Positions 45,813-56,097 of a DNA stretch of 64,000 nt are shown piece by piece. The translations under genes were made by a program, and so were the position numbers. The stretch's first letter is position 1. Each line of letters starts with the position of its first letter. The notes under the pieces were generated by a model, which did no database searches, was not told the DNA's origin, and saw only the letters and a list, made by a program, of their open reading frames with translations. The DNA is from Halanaerobiales bacterium (GTDB lineage Bacteria > Bacillota > Halanaerobiia > Halanaerobiales > M55B127): positions 4,735-68,734 of the forward strand of contig JAXHLT010000003.1 of NCBI GenBank assembly GCA_034521955.1, given 5' to 3'.

Positions 45813-48080
45813 ATGAATATTGAACAGATGAAATCATTTTTAAAAAATAGACCAGAATTTATGAGTAGAGTTATGGCTTGGGAAGAAATAGAAGGCAAAG
45901 AGGGTAAATATGCTGAACTTCCAAATAATCTGAACTTAAAATTAAAAAATGTATTAAGAGAAAATGGTATTGAAAAACTATACTCTCACCAAAGAATTGC
46001 CTATGAAAATATAAAAAAAGATAAAAACACTGTTGTTGTTACACCAACAGCGTCAGGAAAAACTTTATGTTATAACTTACCTGTTTTAGATTCTATATTA
46101 GAAGATGATAATAACAGAGCATTATATTTATTTCCTACAAAAGCATTGTCACAGGATCAACTCTCTGGGTTATATGATCTAATAACTTCTTTAGAGGAAA
46201 ATATTAAAACTTATACATATGATGGAGATACACAGGTAAGTGCCAGAAAAAGTATAAGGCAGTCTGGCCATATTGTAATTACAAATCCAGACATGCTACA
46301 TGTAGGTATATTACCTCATCATACAAAATGGATTAAACTATTTGAAAATCTTAAATATGTTGTTATAGATGAAGTTCATAGCTATAGAGGTGTTTTTGGT
46401 AGTCATGTTGCAAATGTTATTAGAAGATTAAAAAGGATCTGTAATTTTTATGGTTCTGATCCTGTATTTATCTGTGCTTCTGCTACTATAGATAACCCCG
46501 GTGAATTAAGTTCAAAGTTAATTGGAGATGATGTTGAGCTTATAGATCAAAATGGAGCACCTAGTGGTCCCCGGGACTTTATTTTCTATAATCCACCGGT
46601 TGTAAACAAAGAATTGGGGATTAGAAGAAGTTATGTATTAGAGAGTAAAAAGGTAGCTTCAATGTTTCTAAAAAACAAAATCAAGACTATTATTTTTACA
46701 AGAAGTCGATTAAGAACTGAGATAATATTATCATATTTAAGAGATGATAAACCAAATGACGTTAATATTAGAGGCTATAGAGGTGGTTATCTTCCTAGTG
46801 AAAGAAGGTATATTGAAAAAGGATTAAGGAATGGAGATATTCATGGTGTAGTTAGTACTAATGCCTTGGAATTAGGTGTTGATATAGGCCAACTAGACGC
46901 TAGTATATTGGCAGGTTATCCGGGTACAATAGCTAGTTCTTGGCAGCAGGCTGGAAGGGCCGGTAGAGGTCAAAAGAGATCTATTTCAATATTAATAGCT
47001 TCAAGCAGTGCGCTTGATCAATATATTGTTAATAATCCTGATTACTTTTTTAATCAGCCGGCAGAAAGTGCTCTTATAAATCCAAATAATCTTATGATTC
47101 TTCTATCACATATTAAATGTGCTGCATTTGAACTTCCCTTTCAAGATGGGGAAAAGTTTGGAGTTGAAACTACAGAAGAAATTTTAAGATATTTAGAAGA
47201 AAATCATGTTTTAAGATATAAGGGTGGTAAGTGGTATTGGTCTGCCGAAAGATATCCAGCAGAAGATATAAGTTTAAGAAGTGCTTCATCTGATGATTTT
47301 GCTGTAATAGATAGGACAAAAACCGGTAGTTCTAAAGTCATTGGAAAAGTTGATTACTTTAGTGTACCTACAACTATTCATAAAGATGCAATATATATTC
47401 ATGAGGGAAAACAATATCAAGTAAAAGAACTTGATTATGATGGTAAAAAAGCCTATGTAAAAGAAGTAGATGTCAATTTTTATACAGATGCTAATTTAGC
47501 AGTTGATTTAAGGGTTTTAGATCAGTTTAATAAAAAAGAAAACAGCAAGCGAAGTTCAGAATATGGTGAAGTTGTAGTAAGTGCTCAAGCAACAATGTAT
47601 AAAAAAGTTAAATTTAATACTCATGAAAATGTTGGTTATGGTGATATTAATCTACCAGAAGTAGAGATGCATACAACAGCATGGTGGATGAGTTTAAATG
47701 AGAAGTTTGAAAATGAGCTGGATAAAAAAACACTAGAATATGCTTTATTAGGACTATCTAATTTATTAGTTAATATTGCCCCTATTTATTTAATGTGTGA
47801 TCCGGGAGATATTAATTCTACTGTCCAGATTAAATCACCCTATACATCTAAACCCACCATATTTATTTATGACAGTTATCCAGGGGGAATAGGTTTAAGT
47901 GAAAAACTGTATAGAATTGATCATGACATCTTACAGTCAGCCTATAAATATTTAAGTAAATGTCCTTGTGAAGGCGGTTGTCCGGCTTGTGTTGGACCTG
48001 TAAACGAAGTTGGCCTTAATGGTAAAGAAAAAACACTATACCTTCTAAAGGAGGTTCTAAAGGGTGAATCTAAGGGATAA
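45813..48080 (+). CDS. mrfA: DEAD/DEAH-box helicase with C-terminal DUF1998 zinc module (MrfA/YprA-like)
   Basis: Motif I TPTASGKT, motif II VIDEVHSYRG, motif VI QQAGRAGRG. The C-terminal DUF1998-type Cys4 is CPCEGGCPACVGP. Confidence 0.8.
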   Translation: MNIEQMKSFLKNRPEFMSRVMAWEEIEGKEGKYAELPNNLNLKLKNVLRENGIEKLYSHQRIAYENIKKDKNTVVVTPTASGKTLCYNLPVLDSILEDDNNRALYLFPTKALSQDQLSGLYDLITSLEENIKTYTYDGDTQVSARKSIRQSGHIVITNPDMLHVGILPHHTKWIKLFENLKYVVIDEVHSYRGVFGSHVANVIRRLKRICNFYGSDPVFICASATIDNPGELSSKLIGDDVELIDQNGAPSGPRDFIFYNPPVVNKELGIRRSYVLESKKVASMFLKNKIKTIIFTRSRLRTEIILSYLRDDKPNDVNIRGYRGGYLPSERRYIEKGLRNGDIHGVVSTNALELGVDIGQLDASILAGYPGTIASSWQQAGRAGRGQKRSISILIASSSALDQYIVNNPDYFFNQPAESALINPNNLMILLSHIKCAAFELPFQDGEKFGVETTEEILRYLEENHVLRYKGGKWYWSAERYPAEDISLRSASSDDFAVIDRTKTGSSKVIGKVDYFSVPTTIHKDAIYIHEGKQYQVKELDYDGKKAYVKEVDVNFYTDANLAVDLRVLDQFNKKENSKRSSEYGEVVVSAQATMYKKVKFNTHENVGYGDINLPEVEMHTTAWWMSLNEKFENELDKKTLEYALLGLSNLLVNIAPIYLMCDPGDINSTVQIKSPYTSKPTIFIYDSYPGGIGLSEKLYRIDHDILQSAYKYLSKCPCEGGCPACVGPVNEVGLNGKEKTLYLLKEVLKGESKG

Positions 48081-49287
48081 ATTAAAACAGTTTGAGAAAA
48101 GCGATACTTCTGATAAACATAGAAAAAAAGAAGTAGTTGAATACAAGAATATTAATAATTTTGTCAATGAAGAAGTTTCAAATTCTCAAGGCACTTATTT
48201 AAAAACTAATCAAAAATATCCTTTAGAGTATAAACATGGACTATATAAAATAGAAAAGTTTTTTTATAATATTGATTCCAAGATTTTACAAACTATCGCT
48301 AATACAGAACTCAAAAATGATATTAAAAATATCAAAGATAATATTCTCTTTATTGATACTGAAACAACTGGACTAATGGGTGGTACGGGTACTGTTGCTT
48401 TTTTAATTGGTGTTGGATATTTTAATAATAATAAATTAACAATTGAACAACACATTATGAGAGATTATGATGAAGAACCTGCCATGTTAAAAAACATAAA
48501 AGAGTTGTTAGATAAAAAAGATATATTAGTTTCTTTTAACGGAAAAAGTTTTGATTTACCTTTGATTAAAACAAGGTTAATTCTAAACAGATACAAATAT
48601 ACTAATCATAAATTACATCTTGATTTATTACATTCAGCAAGAAGAATTTGGTCTTTTTTAGACTCTTGTTCCTTAGAATCTCTTGAAAATAACGTATTAG
48701 ATTTTGAAAGAAAAGATGATATACCGGGTAGTATGATTCCAGGTGTTTATTTTAATTTTATAGAAAAAAAAGATTACAAGTTACTTGCTCCAGTTATTGA
48801 ACATAATATTTATGATATTTTATCATTAATAACACTTTTTACTCATCTAAAAGAAGTACACTTAAATAATGTTGATGACCTTAGCCCACATGAGCTTTAT
48901 CAGTTAGGAAGGTTAAAAGAAAAAGCCAAAGATTTTCATAGTTGTATTAACCACTTAGAAAAATCAGTTGATAAATCTGATGAAAGTGAGATTAGGTATA
49001 GAGCTTTAAAAAAGCTAAGCTGGCAATATAAGAGAATTAACAGATATGAAAAAGCTTTAGAAATATGGAATCTGTTAATAGGAAAAGAAAAACTAGGTAT
49101 ATTTCCTTATATTGAAAAAGCAAAGTACTTAGAACACCATTTAAAGGAATATAAAAATGCTTTAGATAATACTGAAAAAGCAATTGAATTATTAGTTGCT
49201 AATAAAGTAATTATAAGTAAATACAAAGAAAAAATATCAAAATTAGAACACAGAAAAAAAAGACTAATAAAAAAGATTAATAATTAA
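48064..49287 (+). CDS. mrfB: RNase H-like/DEDD exonuclease with TPR-like C-terminus (MrfB/YprB-like)
   Basis: ILFIDTETTGL (Exo I), SFNGKSFDLP, EHNIYDILSL (Exo III-like). The C-terminus is helical repeats. GTG start overlaps mrfA by 17 nt. Confidence 0.7.
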   Translation: MNLRDKLKQFEKSDTSDKHRKKEVVEYKNINNFVNEEVSNSQGTYLKTNQKYPLEYKHGLYKIEKFFYNIDSKILQTIANTELKNDIKNIKDNILFIDTETTGLMGGTGTVAFLIGVGYFNNNKLTIEQHIMRDYDEEPAMLKNIKELLDKKDILVSFNGKSFDLPLIKTRLILNRYKYTNHKLHLDLLHSARRIWSFLDSCSLESLENNVLDFERKDDIPGSMIPGVYFNFIEKKDYKLLAPVIEHNIYDILSLITLFTHLKEVHLNNVDDLSPHELYQLGRLKEKAKDFHSCINHLEKSVDKSDESEIRYRALKKLSWQYKRINRYEKALEIWNLLIGKEKLGIFPYIEKAKYLEHHLKEYKNALDNTEKAIELLVANKVIISKYKEKISKLEHRKKRLIKKINN

Positions 49288-49342
49288 TATTAATTTTTAA
49301 AATTAAGCTAAAATATGATATGATGAATAAAAGCACATAGGG

Positions 49343-50221
49343 GTGAGCTTATTGAAATCAAAAATTGTTAATACCTTTTCTATTGTAGGATTTGATCCAG
49401 AGACTAAAGAGTTAGGAATTGCTGTTCAATCAAAATTTTTAGCCGTAGGTGCAGTTGTTCCTTGGGCAAAAGCAGATGTAGGAGCTATTGCAACTCAGGC
49501 TTTGGCCAATTTAGATTATGGTGAAAAAGGACTTGAATACTTAAAAGAAGGTCTATCACCAAATGAAGTTATTAAAAAGTTAAGAGAGCTTGATGATGAT
49601 GATCAAACAAGACAGGTAGGGATAGTGGATGTTAAAGGAAATTCAGCAACTTTTACTGGTGAGGAATGTTATGATTGGGCAGGAGGTATTGCTGGAGATA
49701 ATTTTGCCTGTCAAGGTAATATTTTAGTAAGTGAAGAAACTGTAAAAGCAATGGCAACTACTTTTGAAAATAGTAAGGGAAAGCTTGCTGATAGGCTGGT
49801 TAAAGCCCTAACTGCTGGTCAGAAGGCTGGAGGAGATAAAAGAGGTAGACAGTCTGCTGCACTACTAGTAGTAAAAGAAAACGGTAGTTATGGTGGCTAC
49901 AATGATAAATATATTGATCTTAGGGTAGATGAACATGAGACTCCTATCAAAGAGTTGAAAAGATTATTAGATATTTTTTATTTATATTTTGGTGATGAAG
50001 AGTCAGAAAAGGTTGAACTTTCCGCAACTATTATTGAAGAGATAAAAAAATATTTAAGTGAATTCGACATCTATAATGGTAAAATAGATTCTTTAAATAA
50101 TGAAGAGTTTAAAGATGCATTAGAAGTTTTTTATCATCAGGAAAACTTTGAAGAAAGAAAACAAAAAGATGGTTATATTGATAAAGATATTTTAGAATAC
50201 ATGAGAAAAAAGGCAAAATAA
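49343..50221 (+). CDS. DUF1028 (Ntn-hydrolase-like) family protein
   Basis: TFSIVGFDPETKELGIAVQSKFLAVGAVVPWAKADVGAIATQA and GDKRGRQSAALLV are typical of DUF1028. The start codon is uncertain (GTG 49343 or TTG 49352). Confidence 0.65.
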   Translation: MSLLKSKIVNTFSIVGFDPETKELGIAVQSKFLAVGAVVPWAKADVGAIATQALANLDYGEKGLEYLKEGLSPNEVIKKLRELDDDDQTRQVGIVDVKGNSATFTGEECYDWAGGIAGDNFACQGNILVSEETVKAMATTFENSKGKLADRLVKALTAGQKAGGDKRGRQSAALLVVKENGSYGGYNDKYIDLRVDEHETPIKELKRLLDIFYLYFGDEESEKVELSATIIEEIKKYLSEFDIYNGKIDSLNNEEFKDALEVFYHQENFEERKQKDGYIDKDILEYMRKKAK

Positions 50222-50241
50222 ACAATGGAGGTGTTTGTTAA

Positions 50242-50391
50242 ATGGAACGCAAAGATTTTATTGTTGCAATTGATCAAATGTCAGATAGGAAATTGAGACA
50301 ACTTTTAAACTTTGTTTATGAGCAGTTTGAAAAAGATGACAAAGTAGATCTATTACAGGATAAAATTGACGAAATCAAGAAATTTAGCTAA
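50242..50391 (+). CDS. Small hypothetical protein (49 aa, below the track cutoff)
   Basis: GGAGG 9 nt upstream of ATG 50242. It encodes MERKDFIVAIDQMSDRKLRQLLNFVYEQFEKDDKVDLLQDKIDEIKKFS. The stop lies 15 nt before the response-regulator gene. Confidence 0.4.
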   Translation: MERKDFIVAIDQMSDRKLRQLLNFVYEQFEKDDKVDLLQDKIDEIKKFS

Positions 50392-50405
50392 AGAGGTGCC
50401 TGGAA

Positions 50406-51089
50406 ATGGCTGAAAAAATACTTGTGGTAGATGATGAAAAAAAAATATTAAAAATTGTTAGTTCTTATCTTGTAAAAGAAGGATATGAATTATTCACCGC
50501 TGAAGATGGTAAAAAAGCTTTAGAAATTTTTGAAAAGAACAATTTGGATTTAATTGTTTTAGATTTAATGTTACCTAAAATCAGTGGTGAAGAGGTATGT
50601 TCAACAATTAGAAGAAAATCAGATATTCCGATAATAATGTTAACTGCAAAAGGTCAAGAGAATGATAGAATAGAGGGATTAAATATTGGGGCCGATGATT
50701 ATTTAGTAAAACCATTTAGCCCCCGTGAACTTGTCGCTAGAATAAAGGCTATTTTAAGAAGGAGTGATTATGATTCTCTAAAAGCTGAAATCATTAGTTT
50801 TTTAAATGGTCAGCTTAAAATACATCCTTCTGAAATGAAGGTTACTTATAATGATAAACCTATTGGGTTAACAACTACTGAGTTTAATATTTTTTATTTT
50901 TTAGTTAGAAATTCTAATCAGGTATTATCTAGAGATCAAATTTTAAATAAGACAATGGGATTAGAGTTTGAAGGATTTGATAGAACCATTGATGTTCATA
51001 TAAAAAATATTAGAAAAAAATTAAACGTTTCTAATCAAAAACTAATAGAAACTGTTTATGGGGCTGGTTATAGATTTGTAGGTGAATAA
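50406..51089 (+). CDS. OmpR/PhoB-family response regulator
   Basis: ILVVDDE, DLIVLDLMLP, LTAKG, then the winged-helix output ...TVYGAGYRF. Confidence 0.9.
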   Translation: MAEKILVVDDEKKILKIVSSYLVKEGYELFTAEDGKKALEIFEKNNLDLIVLDLMLPKISGEEVCSTIRRKSDIPIIMLTAKGQENDRIEGLNIGADDYLVKPFSPRELVARIKAILRRSDYDSLKAEIISFLNGQLKIHPSEMKVTYNDKPIGLTTTEFNIFYFLVRNSNQVLSRDQILNKTMGLEFEGFDRTIDVHIKNIRKKLNVSNQKLIETVYGAGYRFVGE

Positions 51090-51090
51090 A

Positions 51091-52470
51091 ATGAGCAGAT
51101 TAGCAATGAAAATTTTTGTAATATTTATTTTAGTTTCATTAGGTGGATTAATATTAACCTCAATATTTATCAACTTCTATTTTGATTATTATTTTGAAAA
51201 CTACCTAAAAGATATTAGAAGAGATAAAGTTGATAATTTAAAATCACTTCTTGAAGAAAGTTATGCAGAAAATAATAATTGGAGTGAAGCACCTGATTTA
51301 ATCGGTAGTTTTGCCAGCCTAAATGATTTTAGAGTGGTTTTAACAGATAATAGTGGTGAACTTATTGCCTTTAGCACTTCCAACATGTTTGGACGTATGA
51401 ATCATGACACGATGGGAAGAATGATGATGGGGCAGGCTAACAATATTTTGCCTTTGGATTCTAAAAACTATAATAATTTAGAACTGACTAGTTTAGATAC
51501 AAAGGTTGGAAACTTATATTATCAATCTTCTAGAATTGATGAAATATTTACTAATACAGAAGATATATTTATGAAACAGATTAATAGAGCTATTTATCTA
51601 GCAGCTTTTATAACTGCTCTTTTTGTAATTGGTGTTACATTTTTCTTTAGTAAATACCTTACTAATTCATTAAATAAAATGAATAAAGTGGTTAAAAAAG
51701 TTACAAATGGTAATCTTGATCAACAAATAAATATAAAAGGAAATGATGAGGTATCACAGCTTGCTGATTCATTTAATCTAATGGTTAGCAAATTGAAGTA
51801 TTTAGAGAAAATAAGAAGAGAATCAGCTTCAGATTTAGCCCATGAGTTAAGAACTCCCTTGAGCAATATAAAAAATTATATGGAAGCAATTGAAGATGAT
51901 GTTATTGAATGGAATGAAGAAACTGCTGAAGAAATAAATGAAGAACTTAATAGGTTAATTAGATTGGTTGATAGATTAAACGAACTAAATGAAGCTGAAA
52001 CAAAAATACTAAATTTAAATAAAGAAAGTTTTAATATAAATAATTTAATTGAAAAAGCTGTAAAGACGTATAAAGTATCTGCTGATAAAAATAATATTAG
52101 TATACAAAAACAGTTGTCTGATGATGGGATAATTTTTGCTGATAAAGATGGTGTAGAACAAATAATTGGCAATTTGTTATCAAATGCTGTAAAATACTCT
52201 TATCAGGGGACAAATATAAAAATAAGAACTGAAAAAGATATTAATAGTTTTGCAGTCATAATTTCAAATAAAGGTTCTGAAATTACAGAGCAAGATAAAA
52301 ATCATATCTTTGAAAGATTTTATAGAGCTGAAAAGTCAAGAAAAAAAGAAAATGGAGGGCTTGGAATAGGTTTAACAATTACTAGAAATTTAGTAGAAGC
52401 CCATGGTGGAACGGTAGAAGTTAATAGTAAAGATAATATAAATACTTTTAAAGTATACTTTCCACAGTAA
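51091..52470 (+). CDS. Sensor histidine kinase (TM-sensor-TM-HAMP-HisKA-HATPase)
   Basis: H-box SDLAHELRTPL, N-box LLSNAVKYS, G-boxes GGLGIGLTI. ATG 51091 lies 6 nt after AGGTGA (the track used GTG 51082). Confidence 0.85.
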   Translation: MSRLAMKIFVIFILVSLGGLILTSIFINFYFDYYFENYLKDIRRDKVDNLKSLLEESYAENNNWSEAPDLIGSFASLNDFRVVLTDNSGELIAFSTSNMFGRMNHDTMGRMMMGQANNILPLDSKNYNNLELTSLDTKVGNLYYQSSRIDEIFTNTEDIFMKQINRAIYLAAFITALFVIGVTFFFSKYLTNSLNKMNKVVKKVTNGNLDQQINIKGNDEVSQLADSFNLMVSKLKYLEKIRRESASDLAHELRTPLSNIKNYMEAIEDDVIEWNEETAEEINEELNRLIRLVDRLNELNEAETKILNLNKESFNINNLIEKAVKTYKVSADKNNISIQKQLSDDGIIFADKDGVEQIIGNLLSNAVKYSYQGTNIKIRTEKDINSFAVIISNKGSEITEQDKNHIFERFYRAEKSRKKENGGLGIGLTITRNLVEAHGGTVEVNSKDNINTFKVYFPQ

Positions 52471-52497
52471 AATATTACAAAAATGTTTCTGTTTTAC

Positions 52498-52526
52498 TTG
52501 ACATTCAAAGGTTCTTGTGCTAAGAT
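52498..52526 (+). promoter_or_regulatory. Sigma-A-type promoter for tRNA-Leu
   Basis: TTGACA(52498-503), 17 nt, then TGc-TAAGAT(52521-26), an extended -10. It lies about 20 nt upstream of the tRNA 5' end. Confidence 0.55.
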
Positions 52527-52545
52527 AATTAATGTTTGACACCAT

Positions 52546-52631
52546 GCGAAAGTGGCGGAATTGGCAGACGCGCTAGATTTAGGATCTAGTGGGCTTCGCT
52601 CGTGGGGGTTCGAGTCCCCCCTTTCGCACCA
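52546..52631 (+). tRNA. tRNA-Leu (anticodon UAG), CCA encoded
   Basis: Acceptor GCGAAAG/CUUUCGC. Anticodon stem CUAGA/UCUAG with loop UUUAGGA. Long variable arm. T-arm GGGGG-UUCGAGU-CCCCC. Ends ACCA. Confidence 0.95.
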
Positions 52632-52695
52632 TTTAATTAAATTACACATTTATTTGACTAAAACCCCGAATTGGCTATGTCCATATCGGGGCTTA

Positions 52696-52723
52696 TTGAC
52701 ATTGTAAAGAAAAATAATATAAT
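52696..52723 (+). promoter_or_regulatory. Sigma-A-type promoter for tig
   Basis: TTGACA(52696-701), 16 nt, then TATAAT(52718-23), 28 nt upstream of the tig start. Confidence 0.55.
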
Positions 52724-52750
52724 TGTTTGAGATGAAAGGATGATAAAATA

Positions 52751-54031
52751 GTGGAAGTAAGTAAAAAAGAACTTGAAGGTAATAAGGTTGAATTAAAGGT
52801 AGAAATTACTGCAGATAGAGTAAATGAGGCATTAGGACAGGCATATAAAAAAGTTGTTAAAGATATTGATATTCCTGGATTTAGGAAAGGTAAAGTACCT
52901 CGTAAAGTATTAGAGGCAAGATATGGTAAAGAAATACTTCATAAGGATGCATTAGATATCTTGATTCCTCAAGCATATACTGAAGCAGTTGAAGAAACAG
53001 AAATTGATCCAATTGACCAACCTGATATCAAAGATTTTGATATTGAAGAAGATTCACCTCTAACATTTACTGCAGAAGTTGAAGTAAAACCAGATGTTAA
53101 ACTTGGTGAATATAAAGATCTTGGAATTGAAAAAGAAGATTCAGAAGTTAAAGATGAAGAGATCCAAGAAGAAATTGATAGAGTTAGAAATCAACATGGT
53201 CAGCTAGTTAGCTCTGATAAAGAAGTAGTTGAAGAGGGAGATTTCGTAATCATTGATTTTGAAGGTAAAAAAGATGGCGAAAAGTTCCCCGGTGGATCTG
53301 CTGAAGAATACAGTTTAGAAATAGGATCTAATACCTTTATACCTGGATTCGAAGAACAGTTAATAGGAGCAAAAGTAGGGGAAGAATTAGAATTAAATGT
53401 TACATTCCCTGAAGACTATAATGCAGAAGATTTAGCTGGTGAAGAAGTTATTTTTGATGTTAAAGTTAAAGAAATAAAGCAAAAAGAACTTCCAGAACTT
53501 GATGATGAGTTTGCAAAAGAAGTAAGTGACTACGAAACATTTGATAAATATAGAGAAAGTATAGAAGAACGCTTACAAAAGAGTAAAAAAGATAGTACTC
53601 AAAGAGAATATGAAAACAAATTGATAGAAAAAGCTTCTGAAAATGCAGAAATAGATGTACCAAATAAAATGGTAGAAGATGAATTAAACAAAATGTTCCA
53701 GAACTTTGCCCAAAGTGTTTCTCAGCAGGGTATGGAGGTAGAAGACTATTTAAATTATATCGGTACAGATGAAAATGGTTGGAAAGAACAAAATAGAGAA
53801 GCTGCAGAAAACAGAACAAGAAGTAATTTAGTGTTAGAAGCAATTGCAGAAAAAGAAGGTATTGAAATTAGTGATGAAGAAATAGAAGAACAAGTAAATG
53901 AAATTGCAGAAAATAACGACCAAGATCCTGAACAAATAAAAGCCTTTTTACAAATGCAGGGTCAGTTAGATAGTCTTAAAGATGGATTAAAAATGCAGAA
54001 AACTATAGATTATTTAAAAGAAAATAATTAA
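52751..54031 (+). CDS. tig: Trigger factor
   Basis: 426 aa. GFRKGKVPRKVLE ribosome-binding signature. FKBP-type middle domain (FIPGFEEQLIG). GTG start. Conserved tig-clpP-clpX context. Confidence 0.95.
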   Translation: MEVSKKELEGNKVELKVEITADRVNEALGQAYKKVVKDIDIPGFRKGKVPRKVLEARYGKEILHKDALDILIPQAYTEAVEETEIDPIDQPDIKDFDIEEDSPLTFTAEVEVKPDVKLGEYKDLGIEKEDSEVKDEEIQEEIDRVRNQHGQLVSSDKEVVEEGDFVIIDFEGKKDGEKFPGGSAEEYSLEIGSNTFIPGFEEQLIGAKVGEELELNVTFPEDYNAEDLAGEEVIFDVKVKEIKQKELPELDDEFAKEVSDYETFDKYRESIEERLQKSKKDSTQREYENKLIEKASENAEIDVPNKMVEDELNKMFQNFAQSVSQQGMEVEDYLNYIGTDENGWKEQNREAAENRTRSNLVLEAIAEKEGIEISDEEIEEQVNEIAENNDQDPEQIKAFLQMQGQLDSLKDGLKMQKTIDYLKENN

Positions 54032-54068
54032 ATATCTAAATTAATTATATTAAAGGGGGAAATTAAAA

Positions 54069-54674
54069 ATGAGTGGATTAATCCCTATGGTAGTTGAACA
54101 GACTAATCGTGGTGAACGATCTTACGATATATATTCAAGATTATTAAAAGATAGAATAGTATTTTTAGGTAGTCAGGTAACAGATGATATTGCAAATGTA
54201 ATTATAGCTCAGTTATTATTCTTAGAAGCAGAAGACCCAGATAAAGATATATATATATATATCAACAGTCCGGGTGGTTCTGTAACAGCAGCATTAGCTA
54301 TATATGATACAATGCAGTATATAAAACCTGATGTTGTAACAATTTGTATGGGACAAGCTGCAAGTGCTGGTGCATTACTGTTAGCTTCAGGTACAAAAGA
54401 TAAAAGATATGCACTACCATATTCTCGTGTAATGATTCATCAACCTGCTGGTGGTGTACAAGGAAAAGCAAGTGATGCTGAAGTTCATATAAATGAATTG
54501 ATGAGAATTAAAGAAGTTTTAAATGAAATCTTAAGTAAGCATACTGGTCAATCTGTTGAGAAAATAAGTCAAGATGTTGATAAAGACTATTTTATGACCT
54601 CTGAAAAAGCTGTTGAATACGGTATTATTGATAAAGTAATTACAAGAAGTGAGATGAAAGATCAACAAAAGTAG
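54069..54674 (+). CDS. clpP: ATP-dependent Clp protease proteolytic subunit
   Basis: [33 protein letters not shown] (catalytic Ser), MIHQP (His). Confidence 0.97.
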   Translation: MSGLIPMVVEQTNRGERSYDIYSRLLKDRIVFLGSQVTDDIANVIIAQLLFLEAEDPDKDIYIYINSPGGSVTAALAIYDTMQYIKPDVVTICMGQAASAGALLLASGTKDKRYALPYSRVMIHQPAGGVQGKASDAEVHINELMRIKEVLNEILSKHTGQSVEKISQDVDKDYFMTSEKAVEYGIIDKVITRSEMKDQQK

Positions 54675-54694
54675 AGGTTTACTGAGGTGATTAA

Positions 54695-55960
54695 ATGTAT
54701 AAATTTGATGATGAAGATGGACAATTAGAATGTTCATTTTGCGGGAAATCACAAGATGAAGTAAAAAAATTAATAGCAGGTCCAGGTGTATATATTTGTA
54801 ATGAATGTGTAGACTTATGTAATGATATACTTGAGGAAGAATTAAGTGTAGATCTGGACTTGAACTTTAATAATATCCCTAAACCAAAAGAAATTAAGGA
54901 TATACTTGATCAATATGTAATTGGACAAGATAGAGCTAAAAAGACTCTTTCAGTAGCTGTATATAATCATTATAAAAGAATTAATACAAATATGAAAATA
55001 GATGATGTAGAACTACAAAAAAGTAATATCTTAATGGTTGGACCAACCGGCTGTGGTAAAACACTACTAGCTCAAACACTTGCACGTATTTTAGATGTGC
55101 CATTTGCAATTACAGATGCCACATCACTTACTGAAGCAGGTTATGTTGGTGAAGATGTTGAAAATATTCTGTTGAAATTAATCCAAGCTGCTGATTATGA
55201 TATAGAAAAAGCTGAAAAAGGTATAATATATGTGGATGAAATAGATAAATTAGCTAGAAAATCAGAAAATCCATCAATTACCAGAGATGTTTCTGGTGAA
55301 GGAGTACAACAAGCACTTTTAAAGATTATTGAAGGAACAACTGCAAATGTGCCTCCTAAAGGTGGAAGAAAGCATCCCCATCAACAGTTCATACAAATCG
55401 ATACAACAAATATATTATTTGTTTTCGGTGGATCTTTTGATGGAATTGAAAAAATTATTAAATCAAGAGTTACTGAAAAGGTTATGGGTTTTGGTGCTGA
55501 TATTAAGTCTAAAGAAGAAAAACAAAATATTGGTGAAGTGTTAAAACACATCTTACCACAGGATTTATTACACTATGGTTTAATACCAGAATTTATTGGT
55601 AGAATGCCTGTAATTGCAACATTAAATGAACTAAGTGTTGAAGATTTAACACAGATCTTAACAGAACCAAAAAATGCATTGACCAAACAGTATAAGAAAT
55701 TTTTCCAAATGGATGATGTAGAATTAGAATTTACTGAAGGTGCCTTAAAAGCAATTGCAGAAAAAACCCTAGAAGTTAATACTGGTGCAAGAGGTTTAAG
55801 ATCTGTTGTTGAGGATACGATACTTGAAATTATGTATGATTTACCTTCGCAAAATGATATTATAAAATGTATTATTGATGAAGGTGTTATTAATAAAAGC
55901 AAAGAACCGGAATTAATACGGGAAGAAAAAATTACTGATGATAGAGAAGAAAGTGCATAA
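54695..55960 (+). CDS. clpX: ATP-dependent Clp protease ATPase subunit ClpX
   Basis: Zinc finger CSFCGK...CNEC, Walker A GPTGCGKT, Walker [13 protein letters not shown]-like loop MGFG. Confidence 0.97.
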   Translation: MYKFDDEDGQLECSFCGKSQDEVKKLIAGPGVYICNECVDLCNDILEEELSVDLDLNFNNIPKPKEIKDILDQYVIGQDRAKKTLSVAVYNHYKRINTNMKIDDVELQKSNILMVGPTGCGKTLLAQTLARILDVPFAITDATSLTEAGYVGEDVENILLKLIQAADYDIEKAEKGIIYVDEIDKLARKSENPSITRDVSGEGVQQALLKIIEGTTANVPPKGGRKHPHQQFIQIDTTNILFVFGGSFDGIEKIIKSRVTEKVMGFGADIKSKEEKQNIGEVLKHILPQDLLHYGLIPEFIGRMPVIATLNELSVEDLTQILTEPKNALTKQYKKFFQMDDVELEFTEGALKAIAEKTLEVNTGARGLRSVVEDTILEIMYDLPSQNDIIKCIIDEGVINKSKEPELIREEKITDDREESA

Positions 55961-55969
55961 GATCTTAAC

Positions 55970-56007
55970 AGAGATAATAATGAAATCTCATTATTATCTC
56001 TTTTTTA
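55970..56007 (+). terminator. Intrinsic terminator
   Basis: Perfect 14-bp stem AGAGAUAAUAAUGA/UCAUUAUUAUCUCU with a 4-nt loop, followed by U6. Confidence 0.9.
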
Positions 56008-56097
56008 CTTCTAGTACATTTATTTTAAACAACTAATAATATATAATGAGTATAAGAAGATTTTAAATAGAATACTTTGGTAAACGAGGTGAAGGTA

